Shown here in pieces: positions 48,538 to 60,817 of a stretch of DNA of 64,000 nt; position 1 is the stretch's first letter; each line of letters starts with the position of its first letter. The translations under genes were made by a program, and so were the position numbers. The notes under the pieces are model-generated. The model was not told the DNA's origin and searched no databases. It saw nothing but the letters and a program-made list of their open reading frames with translations. This DNA comes from Pseudomonadota bacterium (lineage in GTDB: Bacteria > Pseudomonadota > Alphaproteobacteria > Rhizobiales > Devosiaceae): positions 10,627-74,626 of the forward strand of contig JAEWHZ010000091.1 in the NCBI GenBank assembly GCA_023387585.1. The letters run 5' to 3'.

Positions 48538-48633
48538 GGCTATAGCGTAGCGTAGGTGTAGTTCTCGCCTTCTTCGCCTTCGCCTCGCCACTTCGGTATA
48601 AAACCGGGAACGCCGCTTCCAGCTTAGCCCGGC

Positions 48634-49584
48634 TCAGGACTTGGGCTTGCGCGGCGCGGATTTTGGACGGGACTGCGAGCGGCGCTGGGGTGTCGCGCGG
48701 TTGCGGGGGCGGGCGGGCTCGGCGGGCGGCGTGACTCCCGCGCCGGCGGGCGCAGGCCCGAGGCCCGGACGCGAGGTGGCCGCGAGCGCGCGGGTTATGT
48801 CGACGGATCCCCTTATGCCGGTGAAAGGCGCAATGCCCGCGGCACGCGCCGGCTTGCCCCGGCGCGACCGCCTGCGCTGCCTGGCGAAGATGTTGGCCGC
48901 CTCGACCAGCACCGAGAAGGCCATGGCCGAATAGATGTAGCCTTTGGGCAGGTGGAAGCCGAAGCCCTCGGCCACCAGGGTGACACCGATGAGCAGCAGG
49001 AAGGCCAGCGCCAGCATCTTGGTGGTCGGATGCTCGGATACGAACCGCGCCACGGGGCCGGAAGCGACGATCATCACCCCGACGGCGGCCATGACGGCGG
49101 CGATCATCACCCCGACCTGATCGGCCGGCACCATGCCGACGGCGGTGATGATCGAGTCGATGGAAAAGACCATGTCGATGATGACGATCTGCACGATCAC
49201 CGCCTGCACGGTGGACGCTACGACCGAGCCCCCATTGTCCTCGTGAGGGCCCTCGATGGCGGCGTGCATCTCGTGTGTCGCCTTGTAGACGAGAAAGCCC
49301 CCGCCGCCGATCAGGATGATGTCCTTCCAGGAGAAGTCCAGCCCGAAGACGCTGAGCACGGGATCCTGCAACTGCACGATCAGCGTGATCAGGAACAGCA
49401 TCACGATACGGAATATCGCCGCGAGCGCGATGCCGAGCTTGCGGGCGAACTCGGCCTGCTCGCGCGGCAGGCGCGAAACCAGCACCGAGATGAACACGAT
49501 ATTATCGACCCCGAGCACGATCTCCATCGCGGTCAGGGTGAGGAAGGCCGCCCAGATGGCGGGATCGGTAAGGATGTCAAGCAT
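48634..49584 (-). CDS. TerC-family membrane protein
   Basis: MEIVLGVDNIVFIS, DMVFSIDSIITAVGM, PKGYIYSAMAFS. Confidence 0.9.
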   Translation of the reverse strand: MLDILTDPAIWAAFLTLTAMEIVLGVDNIVFISVLVSRLPREQAEFARKLGIALAAIFRIVMLFLITLIVQLQDPVLSVFGLDFSWKDIILIGGGGFLVYKATHEMHAAIEGPHEDNGGSVVASTVQAVIVQIVIIDMVFSIDSIITAVGMVPADQVGVMIAAVMAAVGVMIVASGPVARFVSEHPTTKMLALAFLLLIGVTLVAEGFGFHLPKGYIYSAMAFSVLVEAANIFARQRRRSRRGKPARAAGIAPFTGIRGSVDITRALAATSRPGLGPAPAGAGVTPPAEPARPRNRATPQRRSQSRPKSAPRKPKS

Positions 49585-49633
49585 CGCGAGCTCCACGGAT
49601 CGCCGGGGCCCCGCATGACGGGAAACGAGACTC

Positions 49634-49679
49634 GCGACGGTGCTGCCTCATCAATGCACTTGGCCTGTTCTGGTTCAAG
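49634..49679 (+). repeat. Direct repeat copy 1 flanking the porin gene
   Basis: 40/46 identical to 50815-50859, including perfect CCTGTTCTGGTTCAAG. Confidence 0.7.
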
Positions 49680-49699
49680 ATGTCCTCGCCGGCATCGGA

Positions 49700-49728
49700 C
49701 AAAAGAAAAGAGGCCCCGAAGGGCCTCT
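49700..49728 (-). terminator. Intrinsic terminator of the porin gene
   Basis: Minus strand AGAGGCCC-TTCG-GGGCCTCT followed by TTTCTTTT. Confidence 0.8.
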
Positions 49729-49761
49729 GGCAAGCACGCGTTGATGACCGGCTCGGGGCGT

Positions 49762-50460
49762 CTAGAACCGGTAGTTGACGCCCAAGGTCACAGTCGAATT
49801 GGCAGGCGAGGAAGATGTCTCCCACAACTGGCCGCTATTGAAGTTCGGCCCGGAAAGCCGGCTGTACAGATATTGGCCCCGAACGCTGAGCTGATCGGTC
49901 AACGCGACTTCGAGACCGCCACCGGCGGCAAAGCCGGTGAACCAGCCACTGTCGTCGGCACCGCCTGCCGTAGCGGTGGTGTTGGTGTGCGCACCCACGA
50001 CGCCGGCCGTCAGGTAAGGCATAAATCGATCGAAGGCCAGGCCGGCCTTGCCGAGCAGCGCCCAGTTGACGTCGGAGCTAGCCGTGACCGTGTCGCCGGG
50101 CGCCGGCCCGAGGCCGATCAGCGGGTCATCAATCGTGGCAGAGACGCCGCCGATGCCGATGCTGCCCTCGATACCGAGCACCAGGAGGTCCAGTTGGTGA
50201 TTGTAACCGGCGTGGATCTCACCCACGAAACCCGACGGGTTCATATCGACCGGAACTGCCGTCAGCGGGGCGGTGGTGAACTCCGTGTTGGACTGGCTCC
50301 AATTGTAGCCGATGCCGGCACCGACATAAAAGCCGGTCCAGTCGTGGACGCTGGCGCTCGAATAGAGCGCGGGACTATCCACGAACACCAGATGATCCGC
50401 CGCTACGGCAGGAGCAGTGCACACCGCTGCAACAGCGGCGACTGCAAGCATTCTCTTCAT
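49762..50460 (-). CDS. Outer-membrane beta-barrel (Omp25/RopB-like)
   Basis: Signal peptide; DWTGFYVGAGIGY; C-terminal GVNYRF. Confidence 0.85.
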   Translation of the reverse strand: MKRMLAVAAVAAVCTAPAVAADHLVFVDSPALYSSASVHDWTGFYVGAGIGYNWSQSNTEFTTAPLTAVPVDMNPSGFVGEIHAGYNHQLDLLVLGIEGSIGIGGVSATIDDPLIGLGPAPGDTVTASSDVNWALLGKAGLAFDRFMPYLTAGVVGAHTNTTATAGGADDSGWFTGFAAGGGLEVALTDQLSVRGQYLYSRLSGPNFNSGQLWETSSSPANSTVTLGVNYRF

Positions 50461-50814
50461 GGTTTGGAGACTCCTTCGTATAAACCGTTGGGAGTCATAG
50501 ACATCGTGGCCACATTCTCCCCCGGATGTCGTCAGGGAGCGTTGTAAAACCACACGAGGAGAATTTGCGTGACCTTCGACAGTGCAGCCAGGCCGCACCC
50601 TCTTAACCGTCGACGCCTCGTCAACCAAAATCAAGGAGCTGGATGGAACGCCAATATACTACAGGCACTCAATATCGTGCGGAGTTACGTACTCCCCAGC
50701 CCAAAACGGACCAGTTTCCATATGGCATGATCCCGCCGTAGGGACAACAAGTTTTTGCCATCTTCGGGTCATGTGGTCGCCCCCGGGTACCGGAAAACCG
50801 GCAGTTTCCGGCTT

Positions 50815-50859
50815 GCGACGCGGCTGCGGCATCAATGCATTGACCTGTTCTGGTTCAAG
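50815..50859 (+). repeat. Direct repeat copy 2 flanking the porin gene
   Basis: See 49634-49679. Confidence 0.7.
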
Positions 50860-50920
50860 CCCGGTCCCGATGCTATCAGGGGGCGACGAAATGCATGCGC
50901 ATCCACGCGGGGATCAGCCC

Positions 50921-52081
50921 ATGAGCGAGAACGCGGAGATTCTGGTCGTTGGCGGCGGGCTGGTCGGGCAGATCGCCGCAGTCAGCCTGGCCAGGATTGG
51001 ACATGATGTGGTTCATCTGGCGCCGGATGCGCCGGAGGACCGGCGGACCTCGGCGCTGATGCAACCGGCGGTCGCCTTTCTCAAGCAGCACGGCCTGCTG
51101 GACGATCCGGCTGCGATCGGGCACCGGCTGGCGCGCATCCGCATCATCGATGCCACCGACCGCCTGCTGCGGGCGCCCGAAACCCTGTTCGACGCCAGCG
51201 AAGGCGGGGATGACGCGTTCGGCTGGAACATTCCCAACGCGGCTCTGCTGTCGCATCTGAAGGCCATCGCCGCCGGGACTGCGCGCTTGCGCCTGCATGC
51301 CGACGCCCTTGCCGGCCTGCATGTTTCCGAGGCTGGCGTCGAAGCGGTGACGGTGTCAGGGCGCCGCTTTGTCGCCGCACTGGTGGTCGGGGCGGATGGC
51401 AAGCGCTCGCCGGTGCGCAGCGCGGGCGGGTTCCGTTCGCGCGAGACGGTCTACAAGCAATCGGCGCTGGTGTGCGATCTCGAGCTCGAGCGCGGCCTGG
51501 GCGAGACATCTGTCGAGTTCCACTACCACAACGGCCCGTTCACCCTGGTGCCGGCCGGCGGCATGCGGGCTAATCTGGTCTATATCGATCTGCCCGAACC
51601 ACTAGCCGAAATCCGCGCGTTGCCCCCTGAAATGCAGGCGGAACGCTTTGCCTCGCGTGCCCACAATCTGTTCGGGCGCATGAAGGTCTTGACGCCGACC
51701 GCGGTGTTTCCGCTTTCGTCCCTCGCGGTGCCCGAAGCCGGAAAGGACAGCATGGTGCTGGTCGGCGAAGCGGCACATGCCTTTCCGCCGATCGGGGCGC
51801 AGGGGCTCAATCTCGGCCTGCGCGACGTGGCCGATCTCGTCGATTTCGTCGCCGAGGCGGATACGACGCAAGCTGCCTGGGGCCGCAAATTGTCCGAGCG
51901 TTTCGCCGCGCATCGTTTCGGCGATTTGACGCGGACCGGCCTCGTAGTCGACGGCTTGTTCCGTTCCCTGCTCAGCGAACAATTGCCGGCGCAGATGGCC
52001 CGCAGCGCCGGGTTGTGGGCGCTGCGCAGCCTTCCGGGGCTGCGCAAGCAGGCGTTCTCCATCGGCATGGGCAGGCGCTGA
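50921..52081 (+). CDS. UbiH/UbiF/UbiL-family FAD hydroxylase
   Basis: VVGGGLVG, VGADGKRS, GEAAHAFPPIGAQGLNLGLRD. Confidence 0.88.
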   Translation: MSENAEILVVGGGLVGQIAAVSLARIGHDVVHLAPDAPEDRRTSALMQPAVAFLKQHGLLDDPAAIGHRLARIRIIDATDRLLRAPETLFDASEGGDDAFGWNIPNAALLSHLKAIAAGTARLRLHADALAGLHVSEAGVEAVTVSGRRFVAALVVGADGKRSPVRSAGGFRSRETVYKQSALVCDLELERGLGETSVEFHYHNGPFTLVPAGGMRANLVYIDLPEPLAEIRALPPEMQAERFASRAHNLFGRMKVLTPTAVFPLSSLAVPEAGKDSMVLVGEAAHAFPPIGAQGLNLGLRDVADLVDFVAEADTTQAAWGRKLSERFAAHRFGDLTRTGLVVDGLFRSLLSEQLPAQMARSAGLWALRSLPGLRKQAFSIGMGRR

Positions 52082-52132
52082 AACCAGAACGGGCGCCGAA
52101 GCGCCCGTTCCAAAAACCCATTTCCCGCAGCC

Positions 52133-52846
52133 TTACTGGCCTTCGGTGGCCGGCGCTTCGGCGTCCGGCTGCTCCTGGCCGAGTTCGCGGCGCAGCTCTT
52201 CGGCGCGGTCCTGCAGAACCTGCTCCAGCGCCGAGGCGCCGGTGGTCTCCTGGCGAAACTGGTCGAAGCTGAGCGAAGCGGGGCCATCATAGGTGGCGGT
52301 GAAGCCGGCCAGGTTGATCTCGATGGTCAGGTCCTGGTTCTGACGGTTCTTGGCGGTCAGACGCAGCGTGTTGCCGCGCTTGAGCGAGTTGATATAGGCT
52401 TCGTTGACGACGAGCTGGGTGGCGCAGGACACCGGATCGCACAGCATATAGGGCACGCGGATCGGCTGGGCGCCGTCGATCTGCCAGGTCAGGCCGAAGG
52501 GCAGCAGCACGCCGAGCGGCACGGCGGCGACGGCCAGCAGGCGGCTTTCCTGGCCCGGATCGTCACGCAGCAGGAACGAGCCGAGGAACTGCCCGTTGGC
52601 GAGCACGACCTGGCGCATGATGCAGGCTTCCTGATCATCGGGAAGCGGGTCGCAGACCTTTAGCCAGTTCTGGCTGGCGGCGCCGGCGGCGCCGGGCGAG
52701 GCCCCGGCCGCTTCCGGTGCAGGGGCTTCCGGCGCGGAAGGCTCCTCTTGCGCGTCAGCGGGCTGCTCCTGGGCGCTGGCCGCGAAAGGCGTAAGCGACA
52801 GCGCAAGCGCCGCAAGACCGGCGATGAGAGGTTTCCTGACGGTCAT
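52133..52846 (-). CDS. Invasion-associated locus B (IalB) family protein
   Basis: Signal peptide; WLKVC, VPLGVLLPFG, INLAGFTATYDGP. Confidence 0.8.
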   Translation of the reverse strand: MTVRKPLIAGLAALALSLTPFAASAQEQPADAQEEPSAPEAPAPEAAGASPGAAGAASQNWLKVCDPLPDDQEACIMRQVVLANGQFLGSFLLRDDPGQESRLLAVAAVPLGVLLPFGLTWQIDGAQPIRVPYMLCDPVSCATQLVVNEAYINSLKRGNTLRLTAKNRQNQDLTIEINLAGFTATYDGPASLSFDQFRQETTGASALEQVLQDRAEELRRELGQEQPDAEAPATEGQ

Positions 52847-52983
52847 GGATTTCCCTTAGACTGGCTTGGCGCGCCTCCATTCAGAGACTCGCCGTCCGTT
52901 TCGTTGCGATGTTCAAGTGCTCAATTCGGGCAATAACATGACCGCCAAGCCGCGCAAATCCTTTGTTTGTACTGGCGTTGCGC

Positions 52984-55900
52984 TCACGCCGCAGCCAGCT
53001 TTGCAAGCCGAGACAATATTCCGGCAGTGCCCTTGAGCCGGGCTTCGGCATCGGGCCAGTTGCGCATGAAGACGAGCTTCTGATCGGGCTTGATGCGGAC
53101 CTGGTTGCCCGGGTCCGAAACCAGCTGGACGAGGCCGGTGGGGTTGGGGAACTCGCTGTTGCGCAGCGTCAGAACGGCCCCCTTGGGCCCGGCATCGACT
53201 TTTTCGACATTCGCCTGACGGCACAGAGCCTTGACGAGGATGACCTTGAGCAGGGATTCAACTTCGTCCGGCAAGGGGCCGAAGCGGTCGATCAATTCGG
53301 CGCCGGCGGCATCGATCTCGCTCGCATCCTTGAGGTCGCCGAGCTGGCGATAGAGCTGCATGCGCAAGGTGAGGTCGGGCACGTAATGCTCGGGGATCAT
53401 CACCGGCATGCCGAGCGAGATCGACGGGCTCCACTCGTTGTCGTCGACATAATCCTCCTCGCCCGTCTTGAGGGCCGCCACCGCCTCCTCCAGCATCGCC
53501 TGGTAGAGCTCGTAGCCGACCTCGCGGATATGGCCGGACTGCTCCTCGCCGAGCAGGTTGCCGGCGCCGCGGATGTCGAGATCGTGACTGGCGAGCTGGA
53601 AGCCGGCGCCGAGGCTTTCGAGCGATTGCAGCACACCGAGGCGGCGCTCGGCCGTATCGGTCAGCTTGCGGTCGGGCGGCACGGTGAACAGGGCGTAGGC
53701 GCGCTGCTTGGAACGCCCGATGCGGCCGCGGATCTGGTAGAGCTGGGCGAGGCCGAAATTGTCGGCGCGGTGCACGATCAGCGTGTTGGCATTGGGGATG
53801 TCGAGCCCGGATTCGACGATGGTGGTGGCGACCAGCACGTCGAACCGGCCATCGTAGAAGGCGTTCATGATGTCGTCGAGCTCGCCGGCCGCCATCTGGC
53901 CGTTGGCGACGACGAACGAAACCTCGGGCACCTGGGTGCGCAGAAACTCGGCGATGTCCGGCTGATCCTTGATGCGCGGAACGACATAAAAGGCCTGCCC
54001 GCCCCGGTATTTCTCGCGCAGCAGCGCCTCGCGAACCATCAGCGGGTCGAAGGGCGAGATGAAGGTGCGGATGGCGAGCCGGTCGACCGGGGGCGTCGCC
54101 AGCAGCGACAGGTCGCGCACGCCTGTCAGCGCCAGTTGCAGCGTGCGCGGAATGGGCGTCGCCGTCAGCGTCAGCACATGGACGTTGGACTTGAGCTCCT
54201 TGAGGCGTTCCTTGTGCCCCACGCCGAAATGCTGCTCCTCGTCGATGATCAACAGGCCGAGGTCCTTGAAGGCGATGGATTTCGACAGCAGCGCATGGGT
54301 GCCGACGACGATATCGACCTGGCCGTCGGCCAGCCCCTGCTTCGTCGCCTTGAGCTCGTTGGACGGCACCAGCCGCGAAGCGTGGCGCACCCGGACCGGC
54401 AGGCCGGAAAAGCGTTCGGCGAAGGTCTTGAAATGCTGGCGCGCGAGCAGCGTCGTCGGCACCACAACCGCGACCTGGCGGCCTGCCATGGCTACGGCGA
54501 AGGCGGCGCGCAGCGCCACCTCGGTCTTGCCGAAGCCGACATCGCCGCAAACCAGCCGGTCCATGACCCGGCCGGCGGTGAGGTCGTCGAACACGGCCTC
54601 GATGGCGGTGAGCTGGTCGTCGGTCTCCTCGAAGGGAAAGCGGGCGGCGAACTCCTCATAGGCGCCGGGCTGCAGGTCGACGGCCTCGGCGCGGCTGAGC
54701 TGGCGCGCGGCGGCGATCTTGATCAACTGCTCCGCCATCTCGCGGATGCGCTTCTTCAGCCGGCTCTTCTTGGCTTGCCAGGCGACCCCGCCGAGCTTGT
54801 CGAGCTGGGTGCCGGTATCTTCCGAGCCGTAGCGCGACAGCAGCTCGATGTTCTCGACCGGCAGGTACAGCTTGGTGTCGCCGGCATATTCGATCTCGAC
54901 GCATTCATGCGGCGCGCCGCCGGCCTCGATCACCTTGAGGCCGATGAAACGGCCGATGCCGTGGTCGACATGAACCACCAGATCGCCGGCGGCGAGGCTC
55001 GCCGCCTCGGTCAGCGCGTCGGAAGCCTTGCGCTTGCGCTGCGGCTTGAGGATGCGTTCGCCGAGAATGTCCTGTTCGGACAGCACCAGCAGATCGTCGG
55101 TCTCGAAGCCGGTTTCGAGGCCGAGCACGACGATGGCGGTGGTCGCCGCGCTGGTGGTGACGGCGTCGTTCCAGTTCTCGGCCAGACGCGGATTGGTCAG
55201 GCCGTGATCCCTAAGCACCTGCGTCATGCGCTCGCGCGTGCCCTGGCTCCAGCAGGCGATGACGGCGCGGCGCCCTGCCCTGCGTTCGGCCAGCAGCCTC
55301 TGGACGACGGCTTCGAACAGGTTGGTTTCGGCCGAGCTGCGCTCGGCGGCGAAGCTCGGCGCGACACGGCCGTTCAGATCGTCCTCGGCCCGGATGTTGG
55401 GCGTCGTGAAGGGCGAAAGCTGGATCACCCCTGCGCCGGCCAGGGCATAGGGGTGGGCATCGACGAGATAGAGCGTGTCCGGCGGCACCGGCTTGTAGGG
55501 CACGCCGCTCGTCACCGCCGGCTGCTGGCGCGCCTGCTCGCGTGCCTCGTAGTAGTCGCGCACCTGCGTGACGCGATCAGCATAGGCTTCCACGGCCTGA
55601 TCGTCGAAGACGAAGGGCGCATCGCCGGTATAATCGGACAGGCTTTCGAGGTGTTCGTAGAAGAAGGGCAGCCAGTGCTCGGCGCCGGAATAGCGGCTGC
55701 CGGCGCTGATGGCGCCATAGAGCGGATCGTCGGCGGTATTGCCGCCGAAGCTGCGGGTATAATTCTGGCGGAAGCGCCTTATCGTGTCCTCGTTGAGGAC
55801 GAGTTCGCTCATCGGCACCAGCTCGATACGCTTCAGCGTGCCGGTGGTGCGCTGGCTGTCGGCATCGAAGGTTCGGATGGATTCGAGCTGGCGACCGAAG

Positions 55901-56463
55901 AAATCGAAGCGCAGCGGCGCATCGTAGGCGGCGGGATAGAGGTCGACCAAGCCGCCGCGTACGGCATATTCGCCGGATTCGCGCACGGTCGGCACGCGCA
56001 GATAGCCGTTGTCCGCCGCCCAGGCGACGAGGCGGTCGCTGTCCACCACCTGCCCGGCCGCCGCCGAAAAGCTCATGCCGCCCACGATGTCGCGCGGCAC
56101 CAGCTTCTGGATCACGGCGTTGACGGCCGTCACCACCACGGCTCCGCGCGTATCCGGGCGCAGCATGGTGGACAGCGCCTGCATGCGGGCCGAAATGGTC
56201 ACGCCATTGGGCGAGACGCGGTCATAGGGCAGCGAATCCCAAGCCGGCAGCGGCAGCACCTCGTGCCCGGGCAGCATCTGGGCCAGAACATCCGCCAAAC
56301 GCTGCATGCGCCGCCCGTCGCGGGCGACGAAAACGAGGCTGACCGGATCGTCGGGCGCGGATTTGAGACGATCGGCGACCAGGCGTGCGAGCACCATGGG
56401 CTGCATGCCGTCCGGCACGCTCGCCAGCGTGCGCACCGGCAGCGGGGCGGCAAGTTCGTTCAT
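52984..56463 (-). CDS. mfd: Transcription-repair coupling factor
   Basis: VRGGLVD, VVHVDHGIGRF, CGDVGFGKTEVA, DEEQHFGV, DLDIRGAGNLLG. Confidence 0.97.
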   Translation of the reverse strand: MNELAAPLPVRTLASVPDGMQPMVLARLVADRLKSAPDDPVSLVFVARDGRRMQRLADVLAQMLPGHEVLPLPAWDSLPYDRVSPNGVTISARMQALSTMLRPDTRGAVVVTAVNAVIQKLVPRDIVGGMSFSAAAGQVVDSDRLVAWAADNGYLRVPTVRESGEYAVRGGLVDLYPAAYDAPLRFDFFGRQLESIRTFDADSQRTTGTLKRIELVPMSELVLNEDTIRRFRQNYTRSFGGNTADDPLYGAISAGSRYSGAEHWLPFFYEHLESLSDYTGDAPFVFDDQAVEAYADRVTQVRDYYEAREQARQQPAVTSGVPYKPVPPDTLYLVDAHPYALAGAGVIQLSPFTTPNIRAEDDLNGRVAPSFAAERSSAETNLFEAVVQRLLAERRAGRRAVIACWSQGTRERMTQVLRDHGLTNPRLAENWNDAVTTSAATTAIVVLGLETGFETDDLLVLSEQDILGERILKPQRKRKASDALTEAASLAAGDLVVHVDHGIGRFIGLKVIEAGGAPHECVEIEYAGDTKLYLPVENIELLSRYGSEDTGTQLDKLGGVAWQAKKSRLKKRIREMAEQLIKIAAARQLSRAEAVDLQPGAYEEFAARFPFEETDDQLTAIEAVFDDLTAGRVMDRLVCGDVGFGKTEVALRAAFAVAMAGRQVAVVVPTTLLARQHFKTFAERFSGLPVRVRHASRLVPSNELKATKQGLADGQVDIVVGTHALLSKSIAFKDLGLLIIDEEQHFGVGHKERLKELKSNVHVLTLTATPIPRTLQLALTGVRDLSLLATPPVDRLAIRTFISPFDPLMVREALLREKYRGGQAFYVVPRIKDQPDIAEFLRTQVPEVSFVVANGQMAAGELDDIMNAFYDGRFDVLVATTIVESGLDIPNANTLIVHRADNFGLAQLYQIRGRIGRSKQRAYALFTVPPDRKLTDTAERRLGVLQSLESLGAGFQLASHDLDIRGAGNLLGEEQSGHIREVGYELYQAMLEEAVAALKTGEEDYVDDNEWSPSISLGMPVMIPEHYVPDLTLRMQLYRQLGDLKDASEIDAAGAELIDRFGPLPDEVESLLKVILVKALCRQANVEKVDAGPKGAVLTLRNSEFPNPTGLVQLVSDPGNQVRIKPDQKLVFMRNWPDAEARLKGTAGILSRLAKLAAA

Positions 56464-56750
56464 GATCCGATCCGTTGCTCGTGGTCGGCGAGAATGTCGG
56501 CGATCAATTCGGCATCGACATGACCCGGGATCGGCCGGCGACCCATGAGCCACTCGGACAGGTCGGTATCGGCCTCGCCGATCAGGGACTCGAACCGGTC
56601 AAGCATGTCGGCGTCCAGGCGCTCGAGATTGGCGTCGGCGAAGGAGCCGAGCAGGATGTCCATTTCCTTGGTCCCGCGGTGCCAAGCTCGGTAGCGCAGG
56701 CGCTTGCGGCGCAATGCCAGTTCGGCACCGGCTGTCGATTCGACGGCCAT
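56460..56750 (-). CDS. sdhE: Succinate dehydrogenase assembly factor
   Basis: RKRLRYRAWHRGTKEMDILLG. Confidence 0.92.
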   Translation of the reverse strand: MAVESTAGAELALRRKRLRYRAWHRGTKEMDILLGSFADANLERLDADMLDRFESLIGEADTDLSEWLMGRRPIPGHVDAELIADILADHEQRIGS

Positions 56751-56866
56751 GTGTAAAACCCTTTTTCGATAAGGCGCCCTGTTTACGCTCTCGATCCGGC
56801 CTTGTCAGCCTGCCGTTTCATCGCTTCGACACCAGTGGTTCGCCCCGGTAAAGTCGGCGCGAAAGG

Positions 56867-58987
56867 ATGATGCGAATCGTGACCCGACCCTCATCGCTCG
56901 ACCCGCTGTTCCGATCATTGCGCGGCTTCAAGGGCGTGGGGCCGCGCTTTGCGCCGCTGCTGGCCAAGCTGCTCGGCACGGCGGAGGGGCAGGACGCCAC
57001 GGCGCTCGATCTGCTCATGCACATGCCGGCGGCGACCATCGACCGCTCGCGGCGCGTGGGCATCGCCGAGGCCTATCTCGACCAGGTGGTGACGCTGCGC
57101 GTCCATGTCGACCGGCACGAACCGGCGCCGCGCGGCAAGGCCAGCGTGCCACATCGCGTCCATGCGCATGACGAGACCGGCGACTTGCAGCTCGTCTTCT
57201 TCCGCGCCCAGGGCGGCTGGGTCGAGCAGATGCTGCCGGTCGGCGAGGAACGGATCGTCTCGGGCCGTATCGGCTTTTTCAACGGCACCAAGCAGATCAC
57301 CCATCCCGACTATGTGGTGGCGCTCGACAAGGCCGACACGCTGCCGCTGATCGAGCCGCTCTATCCACTGACGCATGGCCTGTCCTCGAAGCAGTTGCAT
57401 AAATTGGTGCAGTCGGTGCTCGACACCCTGCCCAGCCTGCCGGAATGGATCGAACCCGAGCGTCTCAAGGCCAATGGCTGGCCGGATTTCGCGACGGCGA
57501 TGCGCGCCGTTCATGCGCCGCAGCAGCCGCAGGATGCCGAGCCCTGGGGCCCGGCCCGCATGCGGCTCGCCCATGACGAATATCTTGCCGGCCAGCTGGC
57601 GCTGCAACTCGTGCGCGCAACCCGCGAGGTGCCGCGGGGCAAGGCGCGGATTCTGAACGGAGTATTAACGCATTCTGTACGGACCGCCCTGCCCTTCGCA
57701 CTGACGGATGGGCAGGAGCAGGCGATCGCGGAAATTCTCGGCGATCTTTCGGGACCGCAGCGCATGTCGCGGCTGGTGCAGGGCGATGTGGGTTCGGGCA
57801 AGACCGTGGTGGCGTTGATGGCCATGGCGGCGGTGGCGGAGAGCGGCGGGCAATCAGCGCTGATGGCGCCGACCGAATTACTGGCCGGCCAGCATTTTCG
57901 CACCCTCGCCCCGCTTTGCGAGGCCGCGGGCCTGCGCATCGCGCTGCTCACCGGCAAGATGTCGGCCGGAGAGCGGCGCAACGTCCGCGAGGGGCTGGCA
58001 TCGGGCGAGATCGCCATCGCCGTGGGCACGCATGCGCTGTTCCAGGCCGATGTCGCCTTCGCCGACCTGGCGCTGACGGTGGTGGACGAGCAGCACCGCT
58101 TCGGCGTGCATCAGCGTCTCGCCCTGTCCGACAAGGGGCGCGACACCGACCTGTTGGTGATGACGGCGACGCCGATCCCGCGCACGCTGGTGCTGACACA
58201 TTATGGCGATATGGCCGTGTCGGTGCTGCGAGAAAAGCCGCGGGGACGCCAGCCGATCGACACCGCCGCCCTGCCGCTCGGCGAGTATGACCGCGTGGTC
58301 GCCCGGCTCAAGACCCGTATCGCCGAAGGCGCGCAGGCCTATTGGGTATGCCCGCTGGTCGAGGAGAGCGAGGCCATAGACGTGATGTCGGCGCAGGATC
58401 GGTTCGCGGCGCTGCAACCGGTGTTCGGCGAGCGCGTCGGCCTGCTGCACGGGCGCATGAGCGCCGCCGCCAAGCAGGAGGTGATGGACCGCTTCAAGGC
58501 CGGCGACATCGCCATTCTCGTCGCCACCACGGTGGTCGAAGTGGGCGTCGACGTACCCAATGCCACCATCATCGTCATCGAGCATGCAGAACGCTTCGGG
58601 CTGGCGCAACTGCACCAGTTGCGCGGGCGCGTGGGGCGCGGATCGGCGCGTTCGGCCTGTTTGCTGCTGTTCCGCGACCCGCTGGGCGAGGTGGCGCGGG
58701 CGCGGCTCGATACGCTACGCGAGACCCAGGACGGCTTTGTGATCGCCGAGCGCGACCTAGAGCTGCGCGGTCAAGGCGATCTTCTGGGCACAAGGCAATC
58801 GGGCATGCCGGGCTATCGGCTGGCGATGCCAGACGTGCATCGCCATCTGCTCGAACCGGCGCATGACGACGCCGTGGCGGCGCTGGCGGCGCATCCGGGG
58901 CTGGAAGATTCGGCCGCCGAGAAGCTGCGCATCCTGCTGCACATCTTCCGCAAGGACGTGGCGATCCAGTTGATCCGAGCGGGTTAG
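56867..58987 (+). CDS. recG: ATP-dependent DNA helicase RecG (start may be GTG 56879)
   Basis: QGDVGSGKT, DEQHRFGV, GLAQLHQLRGRVGRG, LGTRQSG. Confidence 0.96.
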   Translation: MMRIVTRPSSLDPLFRSLRGFKGVGPRFAPLLAKLLGTAEGQDATALDLLMHMPAATIDRSRRVGIAEAYLDQVVTLRVHVDRHEPAPRGKASVPHRVHAHDETGDLQLVFFRAQGGWVEQMLPVGEERIVSGRIGFFNGTKQITHPDYVVALDKADTLPLIEPLYPLTHGLSSKQLHKLVQSVLDTLPSLPEWIEPERLKANGWPDFATAMRAVHAPQQPQDAEPWGPARMRLAHDEYLAGQLALQLVRATREVPRGKARILNGVLTHSVRTALPFALTDGQEQAIAEILGDLSGPQRMSRLVQGDVGSGKTVVALMAMAAVAESGGQSALMAPTELLAGQHFRTLAPLCEAAGLRIALLTGKMSAGERRNVREGLASGEIAIAVGTHALFQADVAFADLALTVVDEQHRFGVHQRLALSDKGRDTDLLVMTATPIPRTLVLTHYGDMAVSVLREKPRGRQPIDTAALPLGEYDRVVARLKTRIAEGAQAYWVCPLVEESEAIDVMSAQDRFAALQPVFGERVGLLHGRMSAAAKQEVMDRFKAGDIAILVATTVVEVGVDVPNATIIVIEHAERFGLAQLHQLRGRVGRGSARSACLLLFRDPLGEVARARLDTLRETQDGFVIAERDLELRGQGDLLGTRQSGMPGYRLAMPDVHRHLLEPAHDDAVAALAAHPGLEDSAAEKLRILLHIFRKDVAIQLIRAG

Positions 58988-58988
58988 G

Positions 58989-60815
<1,827 letters not shown>

Positions 60816-60817
60816 GG

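Noticed and set aside
48540..48590. Short TCGCC/TAGCG iterations
   Set aside because: Too short and irregular; not a CRISPR array. No CRISPR was seen in the window.
49585..49700. Possible yybP-ykoY riboswitch before terC
   Set aside because: Conserved riboswitch motifs not recognisable; an Rfam scan would settle it.
52963..56523. 1186-aa + strand ORF (similarly 7110-8840, 45198-47090, 59058-60905)
   Set aside because: Antisense shadows of mfd, gatB, T4CP/relaxase and glmS, typical of high-GC DNA; no motifs.
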